This document shows positions 28,167-46,034 of a stretch of 64,000 nucleotides of DNA, in pieces. This stretch comes from the human T2T-CHM13v2.0 reference genome, Homo sapiens: the NCBI RefSeq assembly GCF_009914755.1, contig NC_060930.1; one strand, 5' to 3'. The notes under the pieces are model-generated. The model was not told the DNA's origin. It saw only the letters and a program-made list of their open reading frames with translations, and ran no database searches. The translations under genes were made by a program, and so were the position numbers. The first letter of the stretch is position 1, and every line of letters begins with the position of its first letter.

Positions 28167-28746
28167 TGCCCAGGTTTGATTAGGTAAACAAAGCAGCTGG
28201 GAAGCTCGAACTGGGTGGAGTCCACCACAGCTCAAGGAGGCCGGCCTGCCTGCCTCTGTAGGCTCCGCCTCTGGGGGCAGGGCACAGACAAACAAAAAGA
28301 CAGCAGTAACCTCTGCAGACTTAAATGTCCCTGTCTGACAGCTTTGAAGAGAGTAGTGGTTCTCCCAGCATGCAGCTGGAGATCTGAGAACAGGCAGACT
28401 GCCTCCTCAAGTGGGTCCCTGACCCCCGAGCAGCTTAACTGGGAGACACCCCCCAGTAGGGGCAGACTGACACCTCACACGGCCGGGTACTCCTCTGAGA
28501 CAAAACTTCCAGAGGAACGATCAGGCAGCAGCATTTGTGGGTCACCAATATCCGCTGTTCTGCAGCCACCACTCCTGATACCCAGGCAAACAGGGTCTGG
28601 AGTGGACCTCTAGCAAAGTCCAACAGACCTTCAACTGAGGGTCCTGTCTGTTAGAAGGAAAACTAACAAACAGAAAGGACATCCACACCAAAAACCCATC
28701 TGTACATCACCATCATCAAAGACCAAAAGTAGATAAAACCACAAAG

Positions 28747-29763
28747 ATGGGGAAAAAACAGAGCAGAAAACTGGAAACTCTAAAAAGCAGAGCGCCTCTC
28801 CTCCTCCAAAGGAATGCAGCTCCTCACCAGCAATGGAACAAAGCTGGACGGAGAATGACTTTGACGAGTTGAGAGAAGAAGGCTTTGGACGATCAAACTA
28901 CTCTGAGCTACAGAAGGAAATTCACACCAATGGCAAAGAAGTTAAAAACTTTGAAAAAAAAATTAGACGAATGGATAACTAGAATAACCAATGCAGAGAA
29001 GTCCTTAAAGGAGCTGATGGAGCTGAAAGTCAAGGGTCGAGAATTACGTGAAGAATGCAGAAGCCTCAGGAGCCGATGCGATCAACTGGAAGAAAGGGTA
29101 TCTGTGATGGAAGACGAAATGAATGAAATGAAGCGAGAAAGGAAGTTTAGAGAAAAAAGTATAAAAAGAAATGAACAAAGCTTCCAAGAAATATGGGACT
29201 ACGTGAAAAGACCAAATCTACATCAGATAGGTGTACCTGAAAGTGATGGGGAGAATGGAACCAAGTTGGAAAACACTCTGCAGGATATTATCCAGGAGAA
29301 CTCCCCCAATCTAGCAAGGCAGGCCAACATTCAGATTCAGGAAATACAGAGAATGCCACAAAGATACTCCTCGAGAAGAGCAACTCCAAGACACATAATT
29401 GTCAGATTCACCAAAGTTGAAATGAAGGAAAAAATGTTAAGGGCAGCCAGAGAGAAAGCTCGGGTTACCCACAAAGGGAAGCCCATCAGACTAACAGCGG
29501 ATCTCTCGGCAGAAACTCTACAAGCCAGAGGAGAGTGGGGGCCAATATTCAACATTCTTAAAGAAAAGAATTTTCAATGCAGAATTTCATGTCCAGCCAA
29601 ACTAAGCTTCATAAGTGAAAGAGAAATAAAATCCTTTACAGACAAACAAATGCTGAGAGATTTTGTCACCACCAGGCCTGCCCTAAAAGAGCTCCTGAAG
29701 GAAGCACTAAACATGGAAAGGAACAACCGGTACCAGCCACTGCAAAAACATGCCAAAATGTAA
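28747..29763 (+). pseudogene. L1 ORF1p, frameshifted near the N-terminus
   Basis: atggggaaaaaacagagc start; the C-terminal region is open (RPNLHQIGVPE, ARQANIQIQEIQR, REKARVTHKGKPIRL); an A-run indel shortly after the ATG breaks the frame. Confidence 0.9.
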
Positions 29764-29826
29764 AGACCATCAAGGCTAGGAAGAAACTACATCAACTAAC
29801 GAGCAAAATAACCAGCTAACATCATA

Positions 29827-33641
<3,815 letters not shown>

Positions 33642-35149
33642 ACAATGAGAACACATGGACACAGGAAGGGGAACATCACACTCCGGGGACTGTTGTGGGG
33701 TGGGGGGAGGGATAGCATTAGGAGATATACCTAATGCTAAATGATGAGTTAATGGGTGCAGCAACACCAACATGGCACATGTATACATATGTAACAAACC
33801 TGCACATTGTGCACATGTACCCTAAAACTTAAAGTATAATAACAATAAAATAAAAATAAATAAATAAAAAATAAAAATAAAATAAAAATTCATCCATTCT
33901 AAAAGAAATGTTTATACTTTTGTATATTTTTCTCATTTTCTACATTGTAATATACTGTATTCCTTTTAAATTCAGGGAAAAAAGAAATACACATTATGTG
34001 GTATTAATAAAGCAAAACCTGGACCCTCTTTGGTCTTTCAGTGTCTTAAAATCATAAAGCCAGACCCATTTGTGATATATGGAGGCTGATAGTTGAAAAG
34101 AATGTACAAATCTCAACTGTATTTCATTTTGCTGTTCTATTAAAGCTATCTTATCATTATAATAGAAAAAAGAAAAACACAGTCTTTAAATTAAAGGAAC
34201 AGAACACATACAAACACAACTGCTTTCACTCAAAAAACTGACAAGACACTGAAACTGGTCCCAGTGGTCAGGTGAACATTGACCATGTGGCATTAAAGAG
34301 CCAGTGCCCAGCAAGAGTGACTTTCTTCTTGAACCTGACAGCCGATCGCAGCTCTGCATCAGACAAAACCAGATCCTTCATTCTCTAAGCTCTTCTGAAT
34401 TTTTCAGGATTTCACTTTCCTTGTAAAGGGCAGGTAATCATCGTGGTTGGAGGTTGTCAGGGGTCCCCTGCACCAAGCTAAGTAATGAGGACTGCGGGGT
34501 GAGAAAGACGGACTCTCCCTGAAGGGTCCCAGTGATCACAGCTGGGCTCCAGGCTGTGGGCTGCTGCCCCAGCAGGCTCAGGTGCAGTGTGTGGGCACCG
34601 TGGTGGGATGCTCGGACCACAGGAATCAGGAATAATTTTCCATAAAAGGTGGGACTTGAGCCTGGACTGCAGATGGGAGCAGAAAGGTGTCCCTGGCAGA
34701 GAAAGGAGAACAGGAAGCATCCAGGCAGTGGGCTGAGTTGTGTCCTCTGGACCAATAGTCAAGGATAAGGGAATGGCTTCTAGATGCTGTGGGGACCCAC
34801 TTGGAACCCCAGGCACTATAAAGATTATTTTAATCTGAAGACATTTGAGACTCAACAGATACAGAAAGAAGCCTTCTCAGAGCTTTTCTTATCTGACCAG
34901 CAACTTCTCAGAGCTTTTCTTATCTGATGGAAAACAGCAACTTTCAAGAAATGAGGACTGCTATTAATTCCCTCCTCGGGGAGACTTCTATTCCTAGCGG
35001 GGAGACTAAAAGTAAGCCTACGATAAATCCCCACTCTGAGGGAGTTGTAGAGCCCTGAAAAAGACAAAAAGACCACTCATGTCCATATGGACAAACATTA
35101 TCACAAACTTTCTTATCTCCCATATGGCCCCCTAAAAATCTGGCTTGTC

Positions 35150-35422
<273 letters not shown>

Positions 35423-35561
35423 TCATTTGTCTTTCCTGAAGAAATCTATTGCTCTTCCCATTGGAGCCTCTCTCCTCTCCCTTTCCCTGCTAAGTTGGTT
35501 CTACAGACCCATATTCAAACCACTCCTTTCAGTTGCTCAAAACTACGCAGTCCTGAGTGCG

Positions 35562-35706
35562 ACTGCACAGTCCTGAGTGCACGCACGTGGCACACTCACA
35601 CGAGTCACTCACAACTGCACAGTCCTGAGTGCACGCACGTGGCACAGTCACACGAGTCACTCGCAACTGCACAGTCCTGAGTGCACCCATGTGGCACACT
35701 TACACA
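35562..35706. repeat. 52-bp minisatellite, about 2.8 copies
   Basis: actgcacagtcctgagtgcacgcacgtggcacactcacacgagtcactcaca at 35562, 35614 and 35666. Confidence 0.85.
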
Positions 35707-36152
35707 ACTCTTTTCTCCCGCTAATCTGGCTTTTGTCCATTTAACTTGGAGGCTCCCAGGTACCGAACCTGAGAAGGCAAAGCTTTTCCTCTCTACACTG
35801 CGTTTCATTCTCCAGGGCATTTGAGAGCAGTTCATGAAGAGTGGCTCTCACGCCCGAGCAAAGCAGTCACAGCACTGGCTTGTCGGTCTGAGCACAGCTG
35901 AGGATGATGTGGAGACAATCCCTGGGTTGGAAAAACTCCGTTTCTCCAATCCCAGGCTCTGCTGCCGCATCTCTGTGTCTCCTTCATCAGGCACTCTGCG
36001 TCCCAGGGAGGGAGGCACCCCACATCCGTGCTGGGGACATTGTGCAGGATGGCAGGGGCAAGGCACACCTCACAAAAGAGATGGATGCCACTGAAGGAGA
36101 TGAAATTATTTCCAGAAATGTTTTTTTTTTTTAGAATCAGTGGCATGACATA

Positions 36153-36580
36153 TAGTTGATCCTTGAACAGTGCAAGAGTTAGGGACACCCAGCTCCCTGC
36201 ACAGTCAAAAATCCATGTCTATCTCTGGACCCCCAAAGCTTAACTACTAACAGCCTACTGTGGACTGGAAGCCTTACTGATAACATAAACAGCCTATTCA
36301 CACATATGTCATATGTATCATATACTGTATTCTCACAATAGGGTAACTAGAGAAAAGAAAATGATATTAAGAAAGTTATAAGGAAGAGAAGATGTATGTA
36401 CCATCCATTAAGTGGAAATGGATCCTCATACAGGTCTTCATCCTTGTTGTCCAGGCAGGGGGTGCTGACGAGAGGGAGGAGGAAGGCTTTGTGTTGCTGT
36501 CTCGGGGTGGCAGAGGTGGGAGAAAATCTGCATATAATCGGACACGTGCAGTTCAAACCTGTGTTGTTCAAGGTTCAATG
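36153..36580. mobile_element. Tigger2a/MER28-like TcMar MITE
   Basis: Terminal inverted repeats tagttgatccttgaaca...tgttgttcaaggttcaa; about 430 bp. Confidence 0.75.
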
Positions 36581-38569
36581 GCAATTAGTTTTTATTAGAA
36601 AAAATATATCAATGTGGAGAAGCCCTTGAAGGAATTTAAGCACAGAGGTGATTGATAGGTGTAACCGCCGGGTCCAGACAGGCCAGAACTTGAACTCAAG
36701 TTGTGCTGGTCAAGGGAGGTAAAAGAATCAAACCTTGATGACCAGAAGACACTGGAGTAAAAGGCAAGAGTGAAAAAAACCTTGATTTGTTACACGGTGA
36801 AAAGCAGCAGAAGAAAAATGGCACCCGAATCATCGATGTCACTACCGTTGGTTGGTCAGGTAGGCCATGAGAACCAACCAGAGATCAAACAGAGCAAAAT
36901 TGAATATGCAATAATTTGTTCATTTCCATTCCACCATTCGCCCTCAGTGTTTATCCCATGGTAATTAAAACCAACTGTAGCTATTGAACAATGGAATTTG
37001 CTGGTCAAGCTCTTCAGAGCCCAATGTCATCAGCCTTGGGGTGGCCCCTGCAAGTCCTTGCTGTGTCCATTCTGTTCTCACTGAATGCAGAAGGTGCAGC
37101 CCAGCTCAGGGATGAGTTACAGCCGGCCTCAAAAGTGCCAATGCCACGGCCTAAGCATCTGGGACAGACACTGAGGAATGTTTGATGAGCCCTTAACTAC
37201 CAAAGGTGGACAACTCTGCTATTGATATTAATATTTAGCACCCAAAAGGAGCATCCTGGTGCTGAAAGAGGGCATTAGGGAGCTTCCCCAGGGAGCCCCA
37301 AACAGCGTCTCTGCAGATCTGAGCGCTCCCTGTTCCGGCTGCAGGAGGCTGTGTTCAGCCTGCTGGGTGCTGGCCCTGCAGCTGGGGAGCGGCCCTCTCC
37401 ACCACAGTGGTCTTCAGACTGGGGTCAGTGTACATGCAAAGACCATCTATGGGGCACATGGCATAAGTATTTTTAAAGTAATTACTTATCATTTCCAGCT
37501 CGTCAGCTCTTTCCCAAAGTGATCTGTCTAGGAACTTCTCTGGCCAATCCCTTTCCCAGACCCCTTTACAATCTCCTGCCCCCTTCTCCACAGACAGGTG
37601 CATCTTGGACCTCGCACCCATCCCAAACCCCTCTCCAGGGTGTGTTCCTGGTGGTGGCACCCTCCCTAGAGCACAGCACCAGAGAGAGCGCCCCTGTGAA
37701 TATCAGCAGCCAATTGTACCCAGTGACTAAGGAAACCAGCCTTCAGCAAATGCGGCAGTTTCCTATTCTTTGCTTTCCACAAAATTGAAAGAGAGCCCCT
37801 ATTCAAGTTGTCAGCTGAGAGAGCTTTAAAAACAATCTTGTATAACAAGCACAACGTGCTTTTTGGCATACAACTTGAAAGGAGCTCAAAAACCAGTGAC
37901 ATAGCAAATCTTTTTCCATTTCCATCTTTCATTCCCATTTATGTGAACAAGTTTGCTTTAGCTCATAAAAATGAAACTAGAGAAAATCTCAGTGCCGAGC
38001 CTGTTTTAGGAGCACCCCAAGGGTCTGTGAACCCGGGCAGGGGCCCATCCCCAGCATCGCTGATATTGAATTTCTGAGATTTTAATTTTATAAGAGTCAA
38101 TTTTTTAAAAACTATTTAAATTTTAATCAATTGTATACTACTAATAATTATAAGGATAATTCAAAGAAACAACATTTAGAGTCTGTGGTTACAGAAAATT
38201 ACATTTAAAAAATACATTCAATTTATATACAGATTTTTTACTGTAAGAATGTAAAGGTGATGAATAAAGACTTTTAAGCCAAAAAGTATACCTATCACAC
38301 TGGCATAATATCCTAAAGGAGTAGTTAGAATGGAAATTTGAGCTTATAGAGGAAAAGGAGTCACAAAAAAAATTGCATGCTCAGAAGGAAAGCATTTTCA
38401 TGTTTTTTTTTTTTAAAAGGATGAGAGTGGTTGTGAAATCACTACGGTAATTGGATTCCAGCGGAAACACTTAAGAGTTGTGCGAGAGTTTTATTTTGGA
38501 ATATCAATGTTTTGAAAGGCCAGAAGATATACCTTTTTCAACTAATAAACCTTACTTTTAGCTGAGTAT

Positions 38570-38745
38570 TTTTTTTTTATTTTAATAGTTTTGGGGGAAC
38601 AGGCGGTGTTTGGTTCCATGGATAAGTTCTTCAGTGGTGATTTCTGCGATCTGGGTGCCCCTGTCTCCGGAGTAGTGTACACAGCAGCTGATGTGTAGTC
38701 CTTCATCCCTCACCCTCTCCCACCCTTCTGCCAAGTCCCCAGTAA
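38570..38745 (-). mobile_element. L1PB-type 3' end fragment
   Basis: ttttgggggaacaggcggtgtttggttccatggataagttcttcagtggtgatttctg. Confidence 0.8.
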
Positions 38746-39199
38746 CAGGTCATGGCTGCGGCCTCTCAGGAGATGCGCTAAGCACAGGCCCCAGGCCTGC
38801 CTGGTGGGGATTTGCTCAGAAGCTTTTCGTGGAGACCGTGGGTTCCTTTTAAACACCAGGTATTTTTTTGTTTCTGGCAGTCTCCAGCCTAATACACTCA
38901 TTTGAATCCTGGAAAATAGATCACTCTGTTTCAATTAGGCCAACTCCTCAGGAGTTCTAGAAAAATATTTTAAGCCAGTGACTCATTGAAGTCCCAGATG
39001 ACAGTACCCTCTGGGGCAATTAGGCCAACGTACCAGGAGGCCGGCAAAGAGGCTTCCAGTGGCTCTGACACGTTGCCACTGTGTCTGCCCTCAGCCCCTA
39101 GAGCACGGGGAGGACATGGGGGAGCAGCCCAGCTCCCGGACAGTTCTGCGGCACAGTCTAGGGCTCTGCATTCTGGCCTCCTGCCACATCCAGGGCGCT

Positions 39200-39548
39200 G
39201 AATGCCATGGTGTGTGTCCTTCCACAGCGCATACACTGGAACACAAACGTCAGCATGACAGCATTAAGAAGTGACTAAGTCATGAGGGCCCCATCCTTAT
39301 GAATGGGACTAGTGGACCTTATAAAAGGCCCTTCCACCTCCTGTCATGTGAGGACACAGCACTTAGCCCCTCTGGAGGACGCAGCAACAGGGTTCTGTCT
39401 TGGAAGCAGAAATGGGTCCTCACCAGACACCGAACCTACAGTGCCTCGATCTTGGACTTCCGGCCTCCAGAACTGTGAGAAAGAAATTTCTGTTATTTGT
39501 AAGTCACCTGGTCTAGGGTATTTTGTTACAGCAACCTGAACAAAGACA
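39200..39548 (+). mobile_element. MaLR LTR (MST/MLT1A-like)
   Basis: catgtgaggacacag...tcttggacttccggcctccagaactgtgagaaagaaatttctgtt...tattttgttacagca. Confidence 0.8.
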
Positions 39549-39564
39549 GTTGGCCTTCCTTTAC

Positions 39565-39670
39565 CTGAGATCATTTTAAACACCATTATCCTCAACTCAA
39601 TCGTTTCCTTAACTCAAGGAAGATATCTGATTTCATGGCAGGCACTGGAAATATATGCCTTTGGTTTTCC
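39565..39670 (-). other. Candidate 106-nt exon E, stop codons in all frames
   Basis: aaattttctttgcaattacAG| ... CAG|GTAAAG. Confidence 0.4.
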
Positions 39671-40139
39671 CTGTAATTGCAAAGAAAATTTATATGTAAA
39701 ATAACTGAAACAGGACTCCTCATTTCAGCATTTAAAGCAAAAATCTTTAAAGTTAATAAAACTTCTACTCTACAATAAGAATTGTATAAATGCCAAAGTT
39801 TTGGATGTAACAGAAATGAGAGTGATACTGAGAAATTCTCTAGGCGGTCATGGAAATAAGAAGACAAAGAAAAAAATTTAAACCATGGTATGTGCACTTT
39901 TGTAAATGGTTTTGCTGCAAGTGCAGTGAGGAGTTTTGTGGTGATTTAATTGTGTCTACTTTTATAAAAATTTAAAGCATTCAAAAGAATCTGATATGCT
40001 AAACTCGTGAAAAGTTTAATTGATAAAGCTTGCAATCAAAACATAAAACATAAAGATAGTATCCAGGGAGAAAAGAAACACAGCTAAGTAAAAGCGGAGG
40101 AGGTGGGGAGAGGAAAAGAATCTAAAGGAAAGGGAGGTT

Positions 40140-40452
40140 TATTTTATTTTATTTTATTTATTTTGAGATGAGGACTCGATCTGGTACCCAGGCTGGAATG
40201 GAGCAGTGCAATCATAGCTCACTGCAGCCTCCAACTCATAGGCTAAAGTGATCATCCTGCTTCAGCTTCCCAAATAGCTGGGACTACAGGTGCATGCCAC
40301 CATGCCCAGCTAATTAAAAAAATAATGTTTCGTGAAGATAAAGCCTTGCTGTGTTGCCCAGGCTGGTCTCCAACTCCTGGCCCCAAATGTTCCTCCTGCC
40401 TCAGCCTCCCAAAGTGCAGGGATTACAGGCATAAGCCACCACACACCTGGCT
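40140..40452 (-). mobile_element. AluJ
   Basis: atagctcactgcagcctccaactc...; diverged dimer. Confidence 0.9.
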
Positions 40453-40779
40453 TGATGTTTAATGAGTCTAATTTTATTCATTTTGCTATATTCAAGTTTT
40501 AAAAGTTAAAAATATTTTACCTTTATTTAAAATGTTCTGCATAAATATATTCATGCACATAATTTTCAAACAATGAGTATATTTGACTGCAAAACTTCAT
40601 ATTTTGAGAAATCAAATGAGTTAAATTTGTAAGTTCTTTGCCTTTTAGTTGTGTGAATGGTTTATAATTGACTAGAGAAAAACAATTGAGAAGGAAAGTC
40701 TTTAACAGTGTTTAAGATAATGTAAATTCAAAAATCTGAGAGGAAAATTAAAAAAAAAATTTTTTTAAATCCCTCCCTA

Positions 40780-41144
<365 letters not shown>

Positions 41145-42061
41145 TCATCGTAGTGGCCCTTTATTTTTACTTATTCATTCAAGGAAAAAAACTCTAGAAA
41201 AATAGACTACACAAAACATAAGATTTAAAAATAAGACCAGATCTCGGATTTTGGAAGGTCTTATGTGCTCAGAATGAGTTAAAATTCAGACAAAAAGAGA
41301 TAGAAGCTCTCACATAACAGTGAGGCTGCCTTTGCTGCACGACCGTCTGCCAGACACTAACGGGAATGTTTTCTGGGCTGACTCATTTGGTCTTTAGAGG
41401 GGAAGACTCTCTGAAGAGCATCCCTCTGAGGGGACTGTGATGGGCTCCCCCAGTTTGCAGCTGGAGAAACTGAGACATGAAAACCGGTTGATCTGTCCAG
41501 GTGCACTCAGGTGGCCATGACTCAGCCAATTCCTCGGACGAAACTACATCAGAATAAAGTTTAGCCAGTGGTTGAACGCTTGTCACTCATTAAGAAATAG
41601 AGAAAATTAGACAAGCCATCTTACTAATAAAGACAAAAGAATTTACTTGAATGTAACCATAATGTTAAATTAAATGTTTAAATGATAATCTTCATGAACA
41701 AGTGATAAACCATAGATTATATATAATGTATGTATATGTGTGTGTATATATATATATATATATAAAATGATTAAATGAGACCAATTAGACTAATTTTTAA
41801 AGTTTACATTGTATTCTTTTAACCAATACTCCTTAAATGTTGGGTACTAAATCTATTTATTTTGAAGCAAGTTGGCCCTGAAACTTTGTGCAAACTAATT
41901 GGAATCTAAGAAAAAAGGACATTCCAAAACAGAGACTTAGAAATTATTCTGCACTTTGACCAAATACCCTTCAAATAGAAAATCAAAAGTATTTGACAAT
42001 TAAAACTTCCACTGGTAAAGTGTGCAAGAAGCGATCTTTTTAGAAGTTTGCTCTTTGTTAC

Positions 42062-42134
42062 CTGAACAGGTTTGTAATTGCATCAAATGTATGCAAAAAT
42101 TGACGACTGTAAGTTTCATTGTTACCCATAGTTC
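42062..42134 (-). other. Candidate 73-nt exon D
   Basis: Weak acceptor ggtttAG, good donor CAG|GTAACA; the frame TMGNNETYSRQFLHTFDAITNLFR continues into exon E. Confidence 0.25.
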
Positions 42135-43009
42135 CTAAACCTTTCACCAAAACAGGTTGCTGAGCTGATACGCTAATAACTATTTCAGAAGTAGTTTTGT
42201 TTTGGTAAACAAAAGCCCAGCACAGGCTGGAATACAGTTGTTGGCCCTCATGTCCGGCTCACAAGGTAAAGTCAGCAACCCACATGTTATGAGGCCCAAA
42301 CCAAGAGTTAATCTAAAAGCTTTAGAGCCCCGGAAATCCCGTGTCAGGAGTCTAAACGGCAGGCAGCGAGAGTTAAACTACTGGCCTCTGCCAGGACTGG
42401 CCAGGATGCCAAATGCTTAGCTGACTAATTAGGATTTCAGCAAAACCATATTCCACACGTGAGACTCTCAGTGGATCTGTCAAGCAGGAAACCCCACAGA
42501 GACTGATTTTGTGCCTGTGTTATTCACACAGTCGCCATGGAGCGAAAAACTGGGAAGCACGAGATGTTTTAATTTACATACAATTTAGAAAATTGCCTCT
42601 TAGATATTCCATAGCTATGTTTCTAAGCCATTTTTTTCATTCTAAAATGGAAATCCCCTTGGGGATAAGCAAAACTGGCTGAAAATTGCCTTTAAAATGT
42701 TAGAAAATGTAATGTTGTTATGAAATGCAACTGAAATGTGCTAATGTCTTTTTCAGTCTGTTCTAGTGTAACCCTAATAATATTGCAAAAATACGAGCCT
42801 GTAAAACATTCTTCACCTGAAATTTCTGTGAGGTTTCTGAAGTCTGATGATTCTGGTTATTGATTTGATTGTATTTGCTAATTTCCTTAATTCATAATTC
42901 TATAATTTTAAAAGTCAAGCAATACAGTGTGAGATAATAATTATAACTGGAATAATATATGTAAATTAGTAAAAAAAAAAAATACTTAACTAGTAAAGCC
43001 AGAGTTAAC

Positions 43010-43660
43010 ATTAAAGCTTTCTGTCACAGATAAATAACAGCCCACAGGCCCATAAAAATAAAGTTCAATGAGAGGTGTAGGCATTATATAGAGCATTATA
43101 TATTTATCTGTATATGTTAGGTATCATATATTTATGTGTTTTATATCTCCTATTGTTTTGTCCATTAATTTTTTAATACAATCAAAGATATTAAATACTC
43201 AGTGGATTCACATTCTCTGGTATCTCACTGCGGGGAAATTAAAATTTATTCTCTTTTTGAACAAACGATCTGTGCAACTAGACTAACAAGACATATGATC
43301 TGGATTGACAAAATTTTTAAAAAGCATTCCAAATTAAAGCTTTCTGTTATAGATAAATAACAGCCCACAAACCCATAAAAATAAAGTTCAATGAGAGGTC
43401 TAGGCATTACATAGAGTATTATATATTTATCTATATACGTTAGGTATCATATATTTATGTGTTTTATATCTCTTATTGTTTTGTCCATTAATAATTTTTT
43501 AATACAATCAAATATATTAAATACTCAGTGCATTCACATTCTCTGGCATCTCACTGTGGGGAAATTAAAATTTATTCTCTTTTTGAACACAAATGATCTG
43601 TGTAAATAGACTAACAAGACATATGATCTGGATTGACAAAATCTTTTAAAAGCATTCCAA
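43010..43660. repeat. Tandem duplication, about 323-bp unit x2
   Basis: attaaagctttctgt...gcattccaa at 43010-43332 and 43333-43660, with scattered differences. Confidence 0.92.
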
Positions 43661-43779
43661 AATACTTAGATTTGAATTAAAGAAAAAGGAATTAATAGAG
43701 GCATCTCAAAAGAAAATATACTGACAGATTAAGTAGTCAAGGCAGCAGGATTACACTTTTTCTCTCTTTCCTCTTGAGA

Positions 43780-46030
43780 CATTATTATTAAAAAGAAATA
43801 CAGGAAAGCTTCTGGAAATGAAAGAGCAAATGCATATGAATCCATCTCTACTTAGACAACAATTGCAATAGAGTAATTATTTTGGAACTCTGGGGTCTAT
43901 TGAAGGCTTGCATCTCACAGGGGATGTCTCGAATGATAAATTATGGTTACATTTGGTCAATTTTACCTCTTGGCATAGTAACAGTTGCCTGCTCTCCACC
44001 CCCAGCCCTCTATCAGGCAGCTGGGCAGTTGTTCCTTTCGCAAGCTGCAGGTAGCTTAATGGGCAAAGAGAATACCGTCCTCCAATGACAAGGGATCTGT
44101 GCTCTGATCACAGAGTTGCAGACAGAGAGGCTTGCTATCATTGTTGTCGCACCTCCCCTCATTGTTGCAAGGCCCTGTCCTTCCTGCTGAAGTGACTTCC
44201 AGGAGATTTAAAGAATCGGCACATTTTTTCCACTTTATTTTTCTTACCCCCTCCCCCAACTTGGGGGCCAGATGTTGAAGACCAGCATATTAAGAAGCAA
44301 CTGCATATGCAGGGAAAATTACACAGCAACCATGCATGCCCAGGGAAAGGCACAGACTCAGAAAACACCTGCAAATACCTAAAGTCTACATCTCAGTCTG
44401 ATCCTTGACACAGAGACAGCCTACAACAATTTTTTAAATGTTAGCAAATCCTGAGGAAGGAGAATCTGACTTTCAGAGCTACCACATTATTAGATTCCAA
44501 TGTCCAGTTTCAACAAAAAATCATAAGACATACCAAAAAACAGGAAAATAAGGCTCATTCAAAGGAAAAAAATAAACCAAAAACTGTCCCTGAAAAAGAC
44601 CTGATGGTAGATCTACTAGACAGACTTTAAAACAACAGTCTTAAAGATGCTTGAAGAACTAAAGGAAGACATGGAAGAGCTTCTGTGTGAACAAAATGAA
44701 AATATTAATAAAGAGATAGAAAATCCAAAAGAAGCCAAAAATAAAACCTGGACCTGAAAAGTACAATACGTTAAATTTTAAAAATCACTAAAGGGGTTCA
44801 AAGGCAGATTTAAGCAGGCAGAAAAAAGAATCCACATATTTAAGGATCGGAAAATGGAAATTAGTCATTCTGAGGAACAGAAAGAAAAAGGATTGAAGAA
44901 AAATTGAACAGAGTCTAAGGTACCTGTGGAACACCCTTAAGTGAATCAACATATGCATTATAGGAGTCACAGAATGGGGAAAGAGAGAAAGGGATAGAGA
45001 GAGAATATTTAAAGAAATAATGGCTGAAAATTTCCAAAATTTGACTTAAAAGACATGAATATTAGCATCCAAGAAATTCAACAAACTACAAGTATGATGA
45101 ACTCAGAGACTCACACTAAGACACATTATAATCAAACTGTTGAACAACAAAGGCAAAGAGAATTTTGAAAGCAGCAAAAGAGAAGTGACTCATCACATAC
45201 AGAGGGATCCTCAAAAAATATTAGCAGATTTCTCATCAAAAACTTTGGTGGCCAGAAGGCAGCGAGTTAATATATTCAAAGTGCTAAAAAATTAAATTAA
45301 AAACCCATCAACCAAGAATTCTATATTCAGCAAAACTGTACTTTAAAACTGAAGAAGAAATTAAGACATTCCCAGATAAACAAATGCAGGGGGAGTTTGT
45401 TATCATGAGACCTGACCTTCAAGAAATGTTAAAGGGAGTCCTGAAGATTGAAATGAAAGAACACTAGACAATAACTAAAAGCAACATCAAGGAATAAAGA
45501 TCTCAGTGATGGTAATTATATGACAATTATAAAAATTAGCATAATTCCAACAATGACATGTAACTCCACTGTTTGTTTTCTACAAGAGATTACTGCATTA
45601 AAAAAAAATATTAGTTTATGTTTTTGGACACAAAATACATAAAGATGTGATTTTGTGAGTTCAACAACTGAAAGAGGTGGTAAAGGGGCTGCTGAAGAAG
45701 CAAAATTGTTGTATGCTATTAATGTCATGATGGTACAAATTCAAATCACAATGTTACAATTTTATAATGTTAAATTTAGTCTCTGTGTTAACCACAAAGA
45801 AAATTGCTAAATAATATACACATATAAATTTAAATGTTTTACTATAAAAATCAACTAAACACAAAAGAAAACAGCAATGCAGAAAATGAGAGACAAAACG
45901 CTATAATATAGAAAACAAATAGCAAAATGACAGAAGTAAGTCCCTCCATACCAATAATCACTTTAAATGTAAATGGATTAAACTCTCCAATCAAAAGGCA
46001 AATATTGGGAGAATGGATAAAAAAGACATT
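43780..46030 (+). mobile_element. Old L1M 5' region, ORF1 remnant and ORF2 start
   Basis: ORF1-like aagacacattataatcaaactg, gattctca..aaactt..ggccagaagg; MTEVSPSIPIITLNVNGLNSPIKRQ is the ORF2 endonuclease N-terminus. Confidence 0.85.
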
Positions 46031-46034
46031 TAGA

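Noticed and set aside
37400-40700. hAT/Charlie transposase remnants (e.g. FEKSNELNL near 40600)
   Set aside because: Too short and degenerate to delimit by eye.
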